IMG/VR virus record: IMGVR_UViG_3300031998_000011
Coordinates: 64,001-128,000 of that record
Length of the DNA stretch: 64,000 nucleotides
Origin: a virus
Lineage: Duplodnaviria > Caudoviricetes
Strand: one strand, 5' to 3'
Under the pieces are notes generated by a model. It did no database searches. It had not been told where the DNA came from and saw only the letters and a list, made by a program, of their open reading frames with translations. Position 1 is the first letter of the stretch. Every line of letters starts with the position of its first letter. The translations under genes and the position numbers were made by a program. Shown in pieces: positions 36,701 through 45,958 of the stretch.

Positions 36701-38438
36701 TTCCTGCAGCATGCCTTATGGTGATGTGTCTGGTACAGACGGCTATACACTTGCTGGTGATGCTCTCCAGAATTATCAGCTGCTGACCTGGAAGAACAGC
36801 AACAGTGTGATTTCGATTGTGGTCTACGGCTCCAATAGATTTGTCGCCGGATCTACTATCACAACGACATACGCCTGCTATACAAGAGATGATGCGCCGT
36901 TTGGCAACTTCTCCATTGGCACCCTCTCGGAGGATGGCACAGTCTACACAGTCGGCGGCACGGCCACTTTCGTATATCCCGGCGGCTCCACGGTGCTCTC
37001 CGGTATGGGTACACATGTGAATGCTGATGGTACCAACGACTTCAGTGCTCCGGTTCATGTCACGACTTCTGCAACAGAGGGTACCGGCTCCCTGCCGTAT
37101 GCTCTGGCGAATGCCTCCAAATGGATCCTGGTTGATCGTGGTGTTACAGGCACTTTTGCCTCGACTGCGGTTGCTCTCAACGGCAAGCAGATCGTGGATG
37201 CTTCCGGCATGTTGATTGCTGGTGGTACGTTCACGCTTGCGGGTGGTACCGTTATTGAAGCGACAAGGACAATTCAGGGCAGCACTGTTACTCTGCCTGA
37301 CACGGGTGCCGTCATTGTCGGTATGCGTGACAGCGTCCTGGACCTCAGCGAGGGTTGCCTGCAGCCGACAGCGAATACAGGTAAGATGCACAAGATCCAA
37401 AACATCACACTCAGTGGTGGCACGACAGGAAATGGTGGCCGTACTTCAATGGGTATCAATGTGCAGGGCTGCACAGCGTCCTTTGAATATGTCACGTTCT
37501 CCGACATGTACACAACAGACGCCAACTGGTCCTTCATCGTTCGTGGAACAGTTAATAGTACACTGATACTCAACAACTGTATTTTCAAGAATAATTACAA
37601 CGGCACAAGTATAGCTTCTGCTATCCAGGTTCAAAATGCTGCTACGATTTCCAACTGCACATTTGCAAAGCACAATACCAATAGCTACAGGGCTATCTAC
37701 TGCGGTGGCGGACTGACCAAGATGATCAGTCTAAACACGTTTGCGAGTGGTGTGGTTGTCGTGGAAGGCGGCACATTCTCGCTGGAAAATAGTTCTACGC
37801 TTGATCTGAGTTCTAACTGGGGCAACGGCGGTAAGTTCGCTTATACCACGACTGTAGCGGGCTCTAACATCATCTTCGGCAGTCCTGTCACCATCACGTA
37901 TAATCTTACATCCGGAATGCAGACACAGACTACGAAGTCGATGGTCGTCAGCGGTGTTACGGATGGTCGCATCATCTACTCCTGGGGCGCCATTGAAGTG
38001 GACCGTCTTTTCCCGACTTATGTCAGCGGCGGTACAGTGACGTTCAGCGGTACTAAGGTGTCTGCAACTTATCATCCGCTGGTACCTCTGAGTGGTTCTA
38101 CGGTGAACAACTGCGCATTTGTGTCCGATACAGCTATGTTCCTGGCGGCTGGATACAACGGACAGACTAGTTATCTGACGATAAGCGGCCTGGTAAGCTT
38201 TAACAAGCCGTTGATGGCCGGATCTTCAACCAGTTACGGTAATGTCACGATGCTGGATGGCTCTACGATATCGTTCTCCGGCGTATCTGGGGCGTACCTC
38301 TTCGACAGTGGTGCCGGTACGTTCTCAATCGGTAAGAACTGCAGGTGCATCAACGCGGCGGGCACAAGTGTGCTGCTGAACAACGGTGTCGCCACTACGG
38401 CTTACACGAAGATCGCTTACGATGGGACACTGTCGTAA
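33744..38438 (+). CDS. Large tail fibre/spike with right-handed beta-helix (pectin-lyase-like) domains
   Basis: 1564 aa, G/S/T/N-rich; two V-T...GSL-x-Y-x-L caps; CTFSNN / FTGNTS..GG repeats. Confidence 0.75.
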   Translation: MATQTYMTAKLNLADGTIVYPQISLDNIVRSISDPTLVTVAELSGGKVPIAQLPTTISVTDSNTTVPTTGAVYGALNTKQNTLVEGDNIIHIVNGSTIMADITNLDVAGIDQTATNGVHLVLDGNTVSAAADLAANDSAGVIAGASDGVKLVDGVAQLDVATAPVADGVTAGLVKTVGDGLLVEGGTACIDDATVETTLQDVRIDDGSTVTPVSDQVVTPGNLRGALSVGQAVDVSCKALLCGWSEIQYADDDTWYSTTTEAFTKDSTKFLGTFKLRTTGSNQYYRFGFGTSGSTGSLFPKRAAGLKYLFICDVRNSSTTTAWGAYSLMQADGSPYPNNNSVNGIPYTVPVANCSPNGSFVRMAILVSGDAGYMNLAIQGGGVSATFEIEIKNWRQYEVTALTDDAIAYIAQLPDPDAFFRSTDAYSIRDKYLIKQDMVSPFIPIINMSNSDLTIAAGLAYKMQITDSNTHKFTVDTIPTNGYGWDSHLQLFVNDVATVTFQNPLVLMNPLTPNSGHNITIKWRAGQALAYVEDTDVGYVVTVTAGTENGSLYYGLTNDVGGYVVFADSVDDQTISLIEGTTISRNVNIIGNGMETTVIDGDIYSQGNSVGITNLTLTGSSIGLCRVWNDYTGDIVSISNCKIENCVGSYPGPNGYLGYYNVGLDNCIVVGCGGESHGTLFALLDKDVTNTIFTDCSMSGGTQWQVGRTVYCFGKKGCSISGCTFSNNKAYYGDVSVYNSATWTIENCLFEPLSVSSWNCGVVVQAGADQAGAGYATITGCTFNNNISCWHYTSGTDIDYRGRVDFTGVNILNGTAGGSGLYYWLDGSTITSPERTGAFDFADCQFNLGPSGNAVFEGITFKNKNATHAPMILSLNTPTTQEFIDCVFTGNTSSVHGGGIMVSGWGNTVILSGTTFSDNQAAQGSAVRFENGPLLSVTDCLCSNCTLGGTFRLLRTAKGEFTRLTITDTTRYTAFSLYGGCNITFDSCSMPYGDVSGTDGYTLAGDALQNYQLLTWKNSNSVISIVVYGSNRFVAGSTITTTYACYTRDDAPFGNFSIGTLSEDGTVYTVGGTATFVYPGGSTVLSGMGTHVNADGTNDFSAPVHVTTSATEGTGSLPYALANASKWILVDRGVTGTFASTAVALNGKQIVDASGMLIAGGTFTLAGGTVIEATRTIQGSTVTLPDTGAVIVGMRDSVLDLSEGCLQPTANTGKMHKIQNITLSGGTTGNGGRTSMGINVQGCTASFEYVTFSDMYTTDANWSFIVRGTVNSTLILNNCIFKNNYNGTSIASAIQVQNAATISNCTFAKHNTNSYRAIYCGGGLTKMISLNTFASGVVVVEGGTFSLENSSTLDLSSNWGNGGKFAYTTTVAGSNIIFGSPVTITYNLTSGMQTQTTKSMVVSGVTDGRIIYSWGAIEVDRLFPTYVSGGTVTFSGTKVSATYHPLVPLSGSTVNNCAFVSDTAMFLAAGYNGQTSYLTISGLVSFNKPLMAGSSTSYGNVTMLDGSTISFSGVSGAYLFDSGAGTFSIGKNCRCINAAGTSVLLNNGVATTAYTKIAYDGTLS

Positions 38439-38456
38439 CATCCGAGTGTTTCTTAC

Positions 38457-38489
38457 AGCCCCTCACGGTTCTCCGTCGAGGGGCTTTTT
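38457..38489 (+). terminator. Intrinsic terminator
   Basis: AGCCCCTC...GAGGGGCT-TTTT. Confidence 0.75.
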
Positions 38490-38537
38490 CATGCCCATAT
38501 AGTAAGACAACCCCACCAACCAGAAAGGAATAACATC

Positions 38538-39179
38538 ATGATCGTTAAACCTACACCCGCGCCTGCGGATCCCACCAAGGTCTGTAAGACCTGCGGACTC
38601 TATGATCCAGATGTACATGTATGCTGCGCCAATGACGTAATTGTGTCTGATGATGTCGCCAAGACTAAGTGCTGCGGGGATTGGGAGCCGAAGCACATCT
38701 GCAAGACCTGTGGGCGCTTTGATCCTGACACGAATGAATGCTGGTGGTTCGGAGAACATGCCATGTCAGAGGAGGCCATGACGAGAATCTGTAAGTCCTG
38801 GGAGCCGAGGAAAGAGAAGCTCAACGTATTTACTGCGACTGAGACCATAGGCATGGATCCTGTCAATCCCGTGAAGGTTCCGCTTCAGCCGGATGACTCC
38901 ATCAAGTTCAAAGCCAAGGAGACTATCGGCATAACTATTTCGAATCTAGACAACGTCACCAGGGCTACGTTGAAAGAGAGCACTGGTTGGGACCACCAGC
39001 AGGAAGCCAAGACCCTTGATCGCGGCGCCAAGCAGGGCATGACACTGGAGGCCCTGGAAACCGTATTCGCGATTGCCTGTCAGCAGGTGCCTTCTATGGA
39101 GCAGCGCTGGATGGAGCTGAAGGCGGAGATCAACGTTATGTTCGCCCAGAAGTGGTCAGCGGAGGATACGACGAAATGA
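38538..39179 (+). CDS. Hypothetical protein with duplicated Cys-rich module
   Basis: CKTCGLYDPD...WEP and CKTCGRFDPD...WEP. Confidence 0.7.
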   Translation: MIVKPTPAPADPTKVCKTCGLYDPDVHVCCANDVIVSDDVAKTKCCGDWEPKHICKTCGRFDPDTNECWWFGEHAMSEEAMTRICKSWEPRKEKLNVFTATETIGMDPVNPVKVPLQPDDSIKFKAKETIGITISNLDNVTRATLKESTGWDHQQEAKTLDRGAKQGMTLEALETVFAIACQQVPSMEQRWMELKAEINVMFAQKWSAEDTTK

Positions 39180-39397
39180 ATAAAGTCAGCATTGTTCTGT
39201 TCGTTCTATCCGGCATTTTCTTGTTGCCGTTGCTTGGTGCCTGCATTGTCGCCTGGTGCCAGGAGGCATTGCGCTTGTTCCACTATGCGATCAAGACGCA
39301 CAAGTTCGATGACATCGCGGCTTTTTCGGTTTACATGTGTGTCAGCCTTGGTCTTATGGCAGCGATTGCTATGGCATTCGACAAATTCCTTTTGTGA
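39176..39397 (+). CDS. Small two-TM protein (paralog cluster)
   Basis: Two hydrophobic helices; FLLP motif. Confidence 0.6.
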   Translation: MNKVSIVLFVLSGIFLLPLLGACIVAWCQEALRLFHYAIKTHKFDDIAAFSVYMCVSLGLMAAIAMAFDKFLL

Positions 39398-39404
39398 GGT
39401 ACAT

Positions 39405-39833
39405 ATGACCCACGCAGAACTCGTTCAAGTCGCCGTTGCACAGCTCAAGCGCTGGAGGTGCCTGCCTATCATCTCCGAGATGCACTGCGCCAACACCTAT
39501 GGCGAGATCCCGGACGCCATCGGCTGGCTGTCAAGGGCGTCTATCCTGATCGAGTGCAAGACTTCCAGAGCAGACTTCCTGCGGGACCGCGAGAAGCTCT
39601 TCCGGCAGGAGCCCGCATTTGGCATGGGTGACATCCGGTTCTACTTCACCAACCCAGGCGTGATCTGGAATGACTTGCCAGAAGGCTGGGGTCACTATGT
39701 GGTCTTCGACGGCAAGCCCAAGTACATGTCCGGTCTGCGCTACAGCAACGCCTGCAAGATCCCGTTTCAGGGTAACAAGCGTGAGGAAATGTACCTCATG
39801 CGTTCTTATATCAGACGAAAGGAGTCCGTATGA
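39405..39833 (+). CDS. PD-(D/E)xK nuclease-like protein (MmcB-like)
   Basis: EIPDAIGW...LIECKTSRADFLRD. Confidence 0.75.
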   Translation: MTHAELVQVAVAQLKRWRCLPIISEMHCANTYGEIPDAIGWLSRASILIECKTSRADFLRDREKLFRQEPAFGMGDIRFYFTNPGVIWNDLPEGWGHYVVFDGKPKYMSGLRYSNACKIPFQGNKREEMYLMRSYIRRKESV

Positions 39834-40225
39834 AACCCGACACAGTTCAAGTCAATCGCACCTACTGGACCATCATGACGAACCAGTACGGCGACAGCAC
39901 CACAGCTGACAGCATCTTGCTGGCGCCTGTGTTTGTGCTCTACATCGAGCCTGACATGGGTCCCGGAGAGTCCGGCCACATGTGCGCATGCGCCATGCTG
40001 GACTGCAAAGGCAACATTCCGTGCCCGATGCCGATCCGCAAGGTGCGCGAGGCGTTTCTGTATGAGGACTTCGACGAGGCCTGGGATATGCTGCACAAGG
40101 ACTTGCGGGACGGCTTGAAGGCGCTGGACAAGATGCGCTCGGATGCGCAGGCAAAGGGACATGACCTGGACAAGAAGGACCACTTCCTGTTGATCCAGCT
40201 GAACTCACTGGAGAAGAAGCCATGA
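39830..40225 (+). CDS. Hypothetical protein
   Basis: AAGGAG RBS; FLYEDFDEAW resembles the SH3-family tail. Confidence 0.6.
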   Translation: MKPDTVQVNRTYWTIMTNQYGDSTTADSILLAPVFVLYIEPDMGPGESGHMCACAMLDCKGNIPCPMPIRKVREAFLYEDFDEAWDMLHKDLRDGLKALDKMRSDAQAKGHDLDKKDHFLLIQLNSLEKKP

Positions 40226-40434
40226 GTGAAGGCACGATAATCCTGCTGATGCTTGTCGGGTGTCTGTCACTGGGAGCCATAATGGCATATTTGGATGAGA
40301 AGTATCCGCTAGCATTCAATCTCACCATGTGCTTCATCCTGTTCACCATACTGCTCTACGTCTGCATCAAGAAGTATGACCAAGCATGTGCCAGACTGGA
40401 GAAGTCGCAGCAGACCCAGGAGGCACAGCCATGA
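40222..40434 (+). CDS. Small two-TM protein
   Basis: Two hydrophobic helices. Confidence 0.6.
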   Translation: MSEGTIILLMLVGCLSLGAIMAYLDEKYPLAFNLTMCFILFTILLYVCIKKYDQACARLEKSQQTQEAQP

Positions 40435-40643
40435 CCACCGTGTTCATTCTTTTAGGCTTCGGCTGCCTGTTCCTGTTGCCAGTTGCCATCATGCTGGTTC
40501 TTGGCTTCGTGCATCTCTTGGAGGACGTCGCCAAGGGCTATATCGACGAGTGCAACGAGCTGGCTCTGGCGCTGGTCAGCATCGCGGGCATCATCTGTCT
40601 GTTCACAGCACTTATTCTGTATCACCAGGGAGGCACACCATGA
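40431..40643 (+). CDS. Small two-TM protein
   Basis: GGAGG RBS; FLLP motif. Confidence 0.6.
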   Translation: MTTVFILLGFGCLFLLPVAIMLVLGFVHLLEDVAKGYIDECNELALALVSIAGIICLFTALILYHQGGTP

Positions 40644-40867
40644 GCACCATCAGCATCATACTGTTCACCATCGCAGGCACTCTGTTTATTCCGGTGCTTA
40701 TCGTGGTCCTGATCATGGGTTCCATCCGTGTGTACCAGCTACTGGAAAGCTGTGGAGAGCAGGGCTTTGCCTGGACCGCGATTGGTCTATGGGCACTCTG
40801 GATCATCCTTATGATCATGCTTGGTTTCTGCTGGATGGACGGCTTTCCTGGGATACAGCTGCACTGA
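40640..40867 (+). CDS. Small two-TM protein
   Basis: GGAGG RBS; LFIP motif. Confidence 0.6.
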   Translation: MSTISIILFTIAGTLFIPVLIVVLIMGSIRVYQLLESCGEQGFAWTAIGLWALWIILMIMLGFCWMDGFPGIQLH

Positions 40868-40909
40868 CGCAACTGCTTTTGTAAACAACACTCTCCAAGG
40901 AGGACTACT

Positions 40910-41341
40910 ATGAAATATTACAACTGGCATGGCCAGATCTTCAAGAACAACCCGCCTGACCCACTGTACACTGACGACGGTCGTTCCATTTCACCAGTCG
41001 ATGATGCGACCTTCGAGGCTGCAGGCGGCATCATCACCACGGATGAGAAGCCGACTCCTGTGCAGGAAGCGCATGCGGCCTGGAAGCAGTTCCGCAAGGC
41101 TGTCTACGACACCCAGAAGTTCCTCCACGACCCGACTTACATGGGCGGCTTCGATGAGGACTGGAAGATCGAGCAGTCCGAGTACACGGCGGCGGATCCC
41201 ACCACGGCGCTCATGCTGACGACCAGACTCCAGAACGCCAATGCCAAATGCGTGTACCGTTCCGGACTCATCGGACTCGGTCAGCCTGAGTGGTACTTCG
41301 AGGCGTGGAAGCACACGGACGAAGACGATCCGGAGGAATAA
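40910..41341 (+). CDS. Hypothetical protein, possibly tail-associated
   Basis: AAGGAGG RBS; 143 aa. Confidence 0.7.
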   Translation: MKYYNWHGQIFKNNPPDPLYTDDGRSISPVDDATFEAAGGIITTDEKPTPVQEAHAAWKQFRKAVYDTQKFLHDPTYMGGFDEDWKIEQSEYTAADPTTALMLTTRLQNANAKCVYRSGLIGLGQPEWYFEAWKHTDEDDPEE

Positions 41342-41344
41342 GCC

Positions 41345-42124
41345 ATGAACGTCCGGACAGTACAGCACAGCATGCTGAAACGCGCCGGGCTCTTCGGCAA
41401 TACGATGCTGGGGCGCTGGATCACGGACACGATGGGTCCGCACACGTTTGTGTCTGATGCGCTCGGTGCATCCGCGCTGGACATGATCGACCACCAGGCC
41501 AAGACACAGCTCGGCTGGAACAAGCCGACAGGCGGCAGTCCCAACGATGCCTATGGCCAGGAATACGCGAGGGCGCAGCAGCGGCTGAATGAAGGTCTGG
41601 CAAAAGCGCAGCAGCGCCAAGCGGCCGCCCGACAGAAGCAGCTGGCTCAACAGCAGGCCCAGGCATCGCGCAACAACGAGCGCCTGATGGCGGCCTACAT
41701 GGCCGGCAACAATCAGCAGCTCGCCAAGCAGAACCAGCGTGCGGTGCAAGGACGTGCGATCACCAACAGGCAGCTCGTCTCAGCCAGGAGCAATGCGCTT
41801 GTCAAAGTGCAGCCACAGCGACAGCAACAGGTTCGTATGGCACCGCCTCCGCAGTCTACCGGATTCAAACAGCCAGGCCCCAATGCGTACGCCAGAGGCC
41901 GTATCTCCAGTGGAGGACAGACCTGGATTACATGGTCGGATGGCGGGATGACGCCAGCAGACGGTACGTACAGATCCTACAACAGAGCAACTGACAGACC
42001 ACCGGTGCAGAAACCGCGCATGGCACCTCCAAGGCCTGTTGCAAAGCCTGCGCCTACTTCAGGTCCGCGACCAAGCGCGGGACGCAATAGGATGACAGGT
42101 CCAGCACAGCTGGTGAACATGTAA
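41345..42124 (+). CDS. Gln/Ala/Pro-rich protein with MNxxTVQ...KxA leader (candidate internal virion protein)
   Basis: Low-complexity body; leader shared with the HD protein at 45959. Confidence 0.65.
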   Translation: MNVRTVQHSMLKRAGLFGNTMLGRWITDTMGPHTFVSDALGASALDMIDHQAKTQLGWNKPTGGSPNDAYGQEYARAQQRLNEGLAKAQQRQAAARQKQLAQQQAQASRNNERLMAAYMAGNNQQLAKQNQRAVQGRAITNRQLVSARSNALVKVQPQRQQQVRMAPPPQSTGFKQPGPNAYARGRISSGGQTWITWSDGGMTPADGTYRSYNRATDRPPVQKPRMAPPRPVAKPAPTSGPRPSAGRNRMTGPAQLVNM

Positions 42125-42128
42125 GAAC

Positions 42129-42156
42129 AGCCCCTGCAACCCAGGGGCTTTATTTT
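42129..42156 (+). terminator. Intrinsic terminator
   Basis: AGCCCCTG-caacc-CAGGGGCT-TTATTTT. Confidence 0.7.
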
Positions 42157-42186
42157 ATATAGTGGAACAACAAAGGAGAACGCAGC

Positions 42187-44619
42187 ATGTCCTGGAAGAA
42201 CACAACGGCTGGCAAAGAGTTTGATCTGGATGATCCGCATTTCACAACACCCATGTCAGTCATATCGGGGCTGGCCAGCGGGTACTGTGAGCGCAAAGCA
42301 GCCGTGAGCGCCGCCTATGCCGCAGCGAGTTGGACAACGGATGCTGTGAAGAGCAACACAGTATCCAGGATGGCAGCCAATATTGCGATCAACCACGACA
42401 TCGGCACGGTGTCTGCATATGGCGCAGGCTCCGAGACCTTCCAGGCGCCGCAGAGCTGGACCGTGGGAAACCCGGCGCAGACGAAGACGTTCATGGATTA
42501 TTTTGACCATGATTTGGCTTCCCTGGCTAATATGTATGTTACAAGGGGTGGCGCAGCATATAATGGGTTTGAGGGTTTAGCCATAGCCGCCAGTGTACGT
42601 GCGTCTAGTGACGCAGCAGTGAGTCATTATGCTGGTTATACGCCGGACACGTTGGCTGTTTCCGGAGGTTCTGGGGGCGCTGTTGGGACATCTGACTACA
42701 CCGGTACGTTCGTACCAGTGTTTGCAGCTGGATGGGCAGTTGAACGTCGGGATATGTTGGAAGAATTGCGATACTCAGCCGGTAACACGGGTATTACGTC
42801 TAACTATTATGGTTCCGGTGGAACCCATTATGTCGAGAAATATGATATTCAAGGAGCGCTTCCTATTTCCGATTACGTATCTTCAGCTTTACCTGAATAT
42901 ACTGCCTACACAGGTGTCTACAGTATGTGTCACTTAAATGTCGATTTATATAATCGACGGCTTGATGATCTCGAAGATATAACAATAGGTGGTGTATCTT
43001 TCGAGACGTGGGCGGCCGCTGCAACGGTTATTCCAGATGCTACTGCTCATATTACATGGAGCCGAACAGAGAATACAGTGAGTTCAGTGGATGTTCCTGC
43101 ACGCGCTATTTCGTTTGTGCCAGAATGGGATACGTCAGAGCATACTTCCGCGTGCTATGTTCTAGACCATGCAAATGTGCTGGGCTATGTGCCAGATACT
43201 TTTTATATTGAAATAAGCGGACAAAGTGTTTCAGGTACATATTCTGTTAGTGTGTTTCTTGGTGAGCCTTATATTTTTGGAACTGTTCCGGAATTTTTGT
43301 GGGTATATTCAGATCCTGATACAGAATATGTGGTTGGCTCTGTCACATGGACGCCAGACGATCCTGACTTTTCCGCACATGGGGATGTTATTATTTGTAC
43401 TGGCGGAACGGTTACTATGCCGAACGGGGGAAGCCTGGGACGTGTTATTATAGAACCTGGTGGTGTTCTAGATATTACACCAGATTCAGACCCAGCTTCA
43501 GGTAATGGTTGCTCTATAGGATATTGTTGTATTCTCACAAAGACAGAAACTGTGAATAATGTTCCTGTTAAAACAAGTGGAAGGATTATAGGCTTGTGGC
43601 CTACCGTTGCTGTACAGGGTGTGTCCTATCCTACGTGTGCTGCTCTAGTTGATGAGCTATATATTGACTTTGTACCGGTTTATACTTACCGGCCTACAGA
43701 TGAATATCCTAGATCCGCAGAGGAGTATCCACCTAGTCTAAACTCAGCTGCGATAATACCTGTGACTGGTACAACAATTTCTGATTGGACATACAAATAT
43801 GAAGCCCTGATTGTGTCAGCCGGAGCAACGATTACGTTGCATAATACAAACTGGGGTTATGAGAGTGACGGCATACGAGAAGGTTATGTTGTTATTGAGC
43901 CAGGTGGTACTCTTATAGTTTCCCATAGTGATAAGACAGATCATATTATGGGCGAGTGTTATATAATGTCCGGCGGCACCTTGCATATAGATGCTGATTA
44001 TCTGGCAGACGAGAATGGTTCAGCAATCAGGTTACTGGAAACAGAGAATATCCATGTACTCAGCGGAGGTGTTTGCGAGATTGCTGGGCAAGGCAAAGTT
44101 ACTTTTGGTATAGAGGTGTTTTCCGGTGGTACTCTACATATAAATAAAGAGTCGGATATGGGAGGGTATAGATACGGCAATCAATACATTTCCGATGGTG
44201 CTGAAGTTGTTTTATATGACTATGATGGTGGAACCCCGACACAGATGACAACGGTTTATGATAAGCTGACGTGTAGGGCATCCGACTGCATAGCCGAAAA
44301 TGGGAACATACGAAGATTCCATAGTATGAATATGAAGTGCCAGTCTACGAATGCAGCATTTCATTGGGGCTGGAATACAGCGGATGTGACTTTTGCCTAT
44401 TATCCAGCTTTGAACGCTAGTATAGGCACTTTTGGTGCGTCTATAAATACTCAGACGATCTCCGTTGGTGATATTATGGATCCTGTTCTGTTTGGTTCTA
44501 GTGGTGCCAACTTATATGCTGGCTTTGAAGTCTGTGCCATAAAAGGATTGCATGGTCTTGTCATATCCGACCTTTATCCTAGATTTACCTACCGCAAGTT
44601 TGGTAATGAACATAAATAG
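42187..44619 (+). CDS. Large virion/fibre-like protein with AIDA-like SGG repeats
   Basis: 810 aa; IEPGGVL, IMSGGTL, VLSGGVC, VFSGGTL repeats; AT-richer codons. Confidence 0.65.
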   Translation: MSWKNTTAGKEFDLDDPHFTTPMSVISGLASGYCERKAAVSAAYAAASWTTDAVKSNTVSRMAANIAINHDIGTVSAYGAGSETFQAPQSWTVGNPAQTKTFMDYFDHDLASLANMYVTRGGAAYNGFEGLAIAASVRASSDAAVSHYAGYTPDTLAVSGGSGGAVGTSDYTGTFVPVFAAGWAVERRDMLEELRYSAGNTGITSNYYGSGGTHYVEKYDIQGALPISDYVSSALPEYTAYTGVYSMCHLNVDLYNRRLDDLEDITIGGVSFETWAAAATVIPDATAHITWSRTENTVSSVDVPARAISFVPEWDTSEHTSACYVLDHANVLGYVPDTFYIEISGQSVSGTYSVSVFLGEPYIFGTVPEFLWVYSDPDTEYVVGSVTWTPDDPDFSAHGDVIICTGGTVTMPNGGSLGRVIIEPGGVLDITPDSDPASGNGCSIGYCCILTKTETVNNVPVKTSGRIIGLWPTVAVQGVSYPTCAALVDELYIDFVPVYTYRPTDEYPRSAEEYPPSLNSAAIIPVTGTTISDWTYKYEALIVSAGATITLHNTNWGYESDGIREGYVVIEPGGTLIVSHSDKTDHIMGECYIMSGGTLHIDADYLADENGSAIRLLETENIHVLSGGVCEIAGQGKVTFGIEVFSGGTLHINKESDMGGYRYGNQYISDGAEVVLYDYDGGTPTQMTTVYDKLTCRASDCIAENGNIRRFHSMNMKCQSTNAAFHWGWNTADVTFAYYPALNASIGTFGASINTQTISVGDIMDPVLFGSSGANLYAGFEVCAIKGLHGLVISDLYPRFTYRKFGNEHK

Positions 44620-44655
44620 TCGTTGACCCGTGCTCTTCCATAAGAGGAATCACCA

Positions 44656-45957
44656 ATGCCAGACTTCGCTCCAGGAATCCCAAACAAGCTCAACAAAGGC
44701 CGCCTCATGGACCTGCCCACCGATGTACTGCTCACGCTCGTGCGCCAGAAGCACCTTGCCAGACGCGCAGGCGAGCACACCGATCTGCGCATCGGCAACG
44801 AATCGGGGCTCTTTTCATGGGCGCTTCCGAAACACATGCCGGAGCAGCCAGGCCAGTACAGGCTCGCGGTTCCCACCAGTCTGCACAGGTACGCTTACAA
44901 GGACTTCGAGGGCACCATCCCGGAAGGCAAGTACGGTGCCGGCACTGTGATCAAGACCGAGGAATCTCCGGTCGTGCTGCTGAAGAACACGCCCAGCTAC
45001 ATCGAGTTCACCAGGGGCACCAGCAAGGATTCCAACGTGTACCGCATGGTGCGCACAGGTGGCGGCAACTGGCTGCTCAGCATCAAGCAGCCTGACCAGC
45101 CGGAAGCCGTGAAAGCCTACGAGAAGGAACACATGAAGTCCATCCCGGAGGACAAGGTACAGCAGCTGATCGACCAGGGTGCCACAGTCGTTCCCAAAGT
45201 GGATGGCGCCGGTGTTCTGGCTGCTATGGGCAAGCATGGCATCAGCGTCTACGGCATCCGGCCGGACAAGTCTGGACTCAAGCCGGATTACACGCCGTAC
45301 ATCGGCGGCTTGTCCCAGGTGGATGTGCCTGCGGATCTCCAGGGCAAAGTTCTGCGCGGCGAGATCTTTGGTATGCGCAACGGCAAGGTCATTCCTCCGC
45401 AGGAATTGTCCGGCTATCTCAACAGCACCATCGCCAATGCCATCCAGAAGCGCCAGCGTGGGCTGAAGCTGCTGGTGGCTGCTCTGGCTGTGAACAACGG
45501 CAAGGACGACTATAGCGCCCCGATGCAGGACATCGTCCGCAGGCTCCACAGTCCTTCTTTTACAGTGCTGCCACAGGAGCGTGGAGAGAAGGCCAGACGC
45601 CTGTTGAAAGCGATCATTGAAGGCCGGAACCCGTGGACACAGGAAGGCGCAGTGCTGCATCTGCCTGGGAAGCGGCCGGTCAAGTATAAAAGAAGGCCGG
45701 ACTACGACGTCGTTGTCCAGGACGTGTTCCCGGCCGAGACCAAGGCTGCACCCAGAGCCGGCGGCTTCACATACAGCCTGCCTGGGTCTGACAAAGTGGT
45801 TGGCCGCGTTGGCACTGGGATGTCGCATGATATGCTTAGAGACATGCTGGAGCATCCGGAAGCCTACCGTGGCCGGACAGCCAGAGTGCAGGCTCAAGAA
45901 GTGTATCCGAGTGGTGCGCTGCGGGCGCCCAGCTTTATAGCAATGAAGGAAGACTGA
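44656..45957 (+). CDS. LigD-type 3'-phosphoesterase fused to a compact ATP-dependent DNA ligase
   Basis: QKHLARRAGEHTDLR, SWALPK, HRYAYKDFEGTIPEGKYGAGTV; ligase PKVDG, RGE, EG, KYK; OB-fold VGRVGTG and LRAPSF. Confidence 0.85.
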   Translation: MPDFAPGIPNKLNKGRLMDLPTDVLLTLVRQKHLARRAGEHTDLRIGNESGLFSWALPKHMPEQPGQYRLAVPTSLHRYAYKDFEGTIPEGKYGAGTVIKTEESPVVLLKNTPSYIEFTRGTSKDSNVYRMVRTGGGNWLLSIKQPDQPEAVKAYEKEHMKSIPEDKVQQLIDQGATVVPKVDGAGVLAAMGKHGISVYGIRPDKSGLKPDYTPYIGGLSQVDVPADLQGKVLRGEIFGMRNGKVIPPQELSGYLNSTIANAIQKRQRGLKLLVAALAVNNGKDDYSAPMQDIVRRLHSPSFTVLPQERGEKARRLLKAIIEGRNPWTQEGAVLHLPGKRPVKYKRRPDYDVVVQDVFPAETKAAPRAGGFTYSLPGSDKVVGRVGTGMSHDMLRDMLEHPEAYRGRTARVQAQEVYPSGALRAPSFIAMKED

Positions 45958-45958
45958 T

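Noticed and set aside
33744-44619. Diversity-generating retroelement or invertible shufflon acting on the fibres
   Set aside because: No reverse transcriptase or invertase, and no template/variable repeat pair seen in the window
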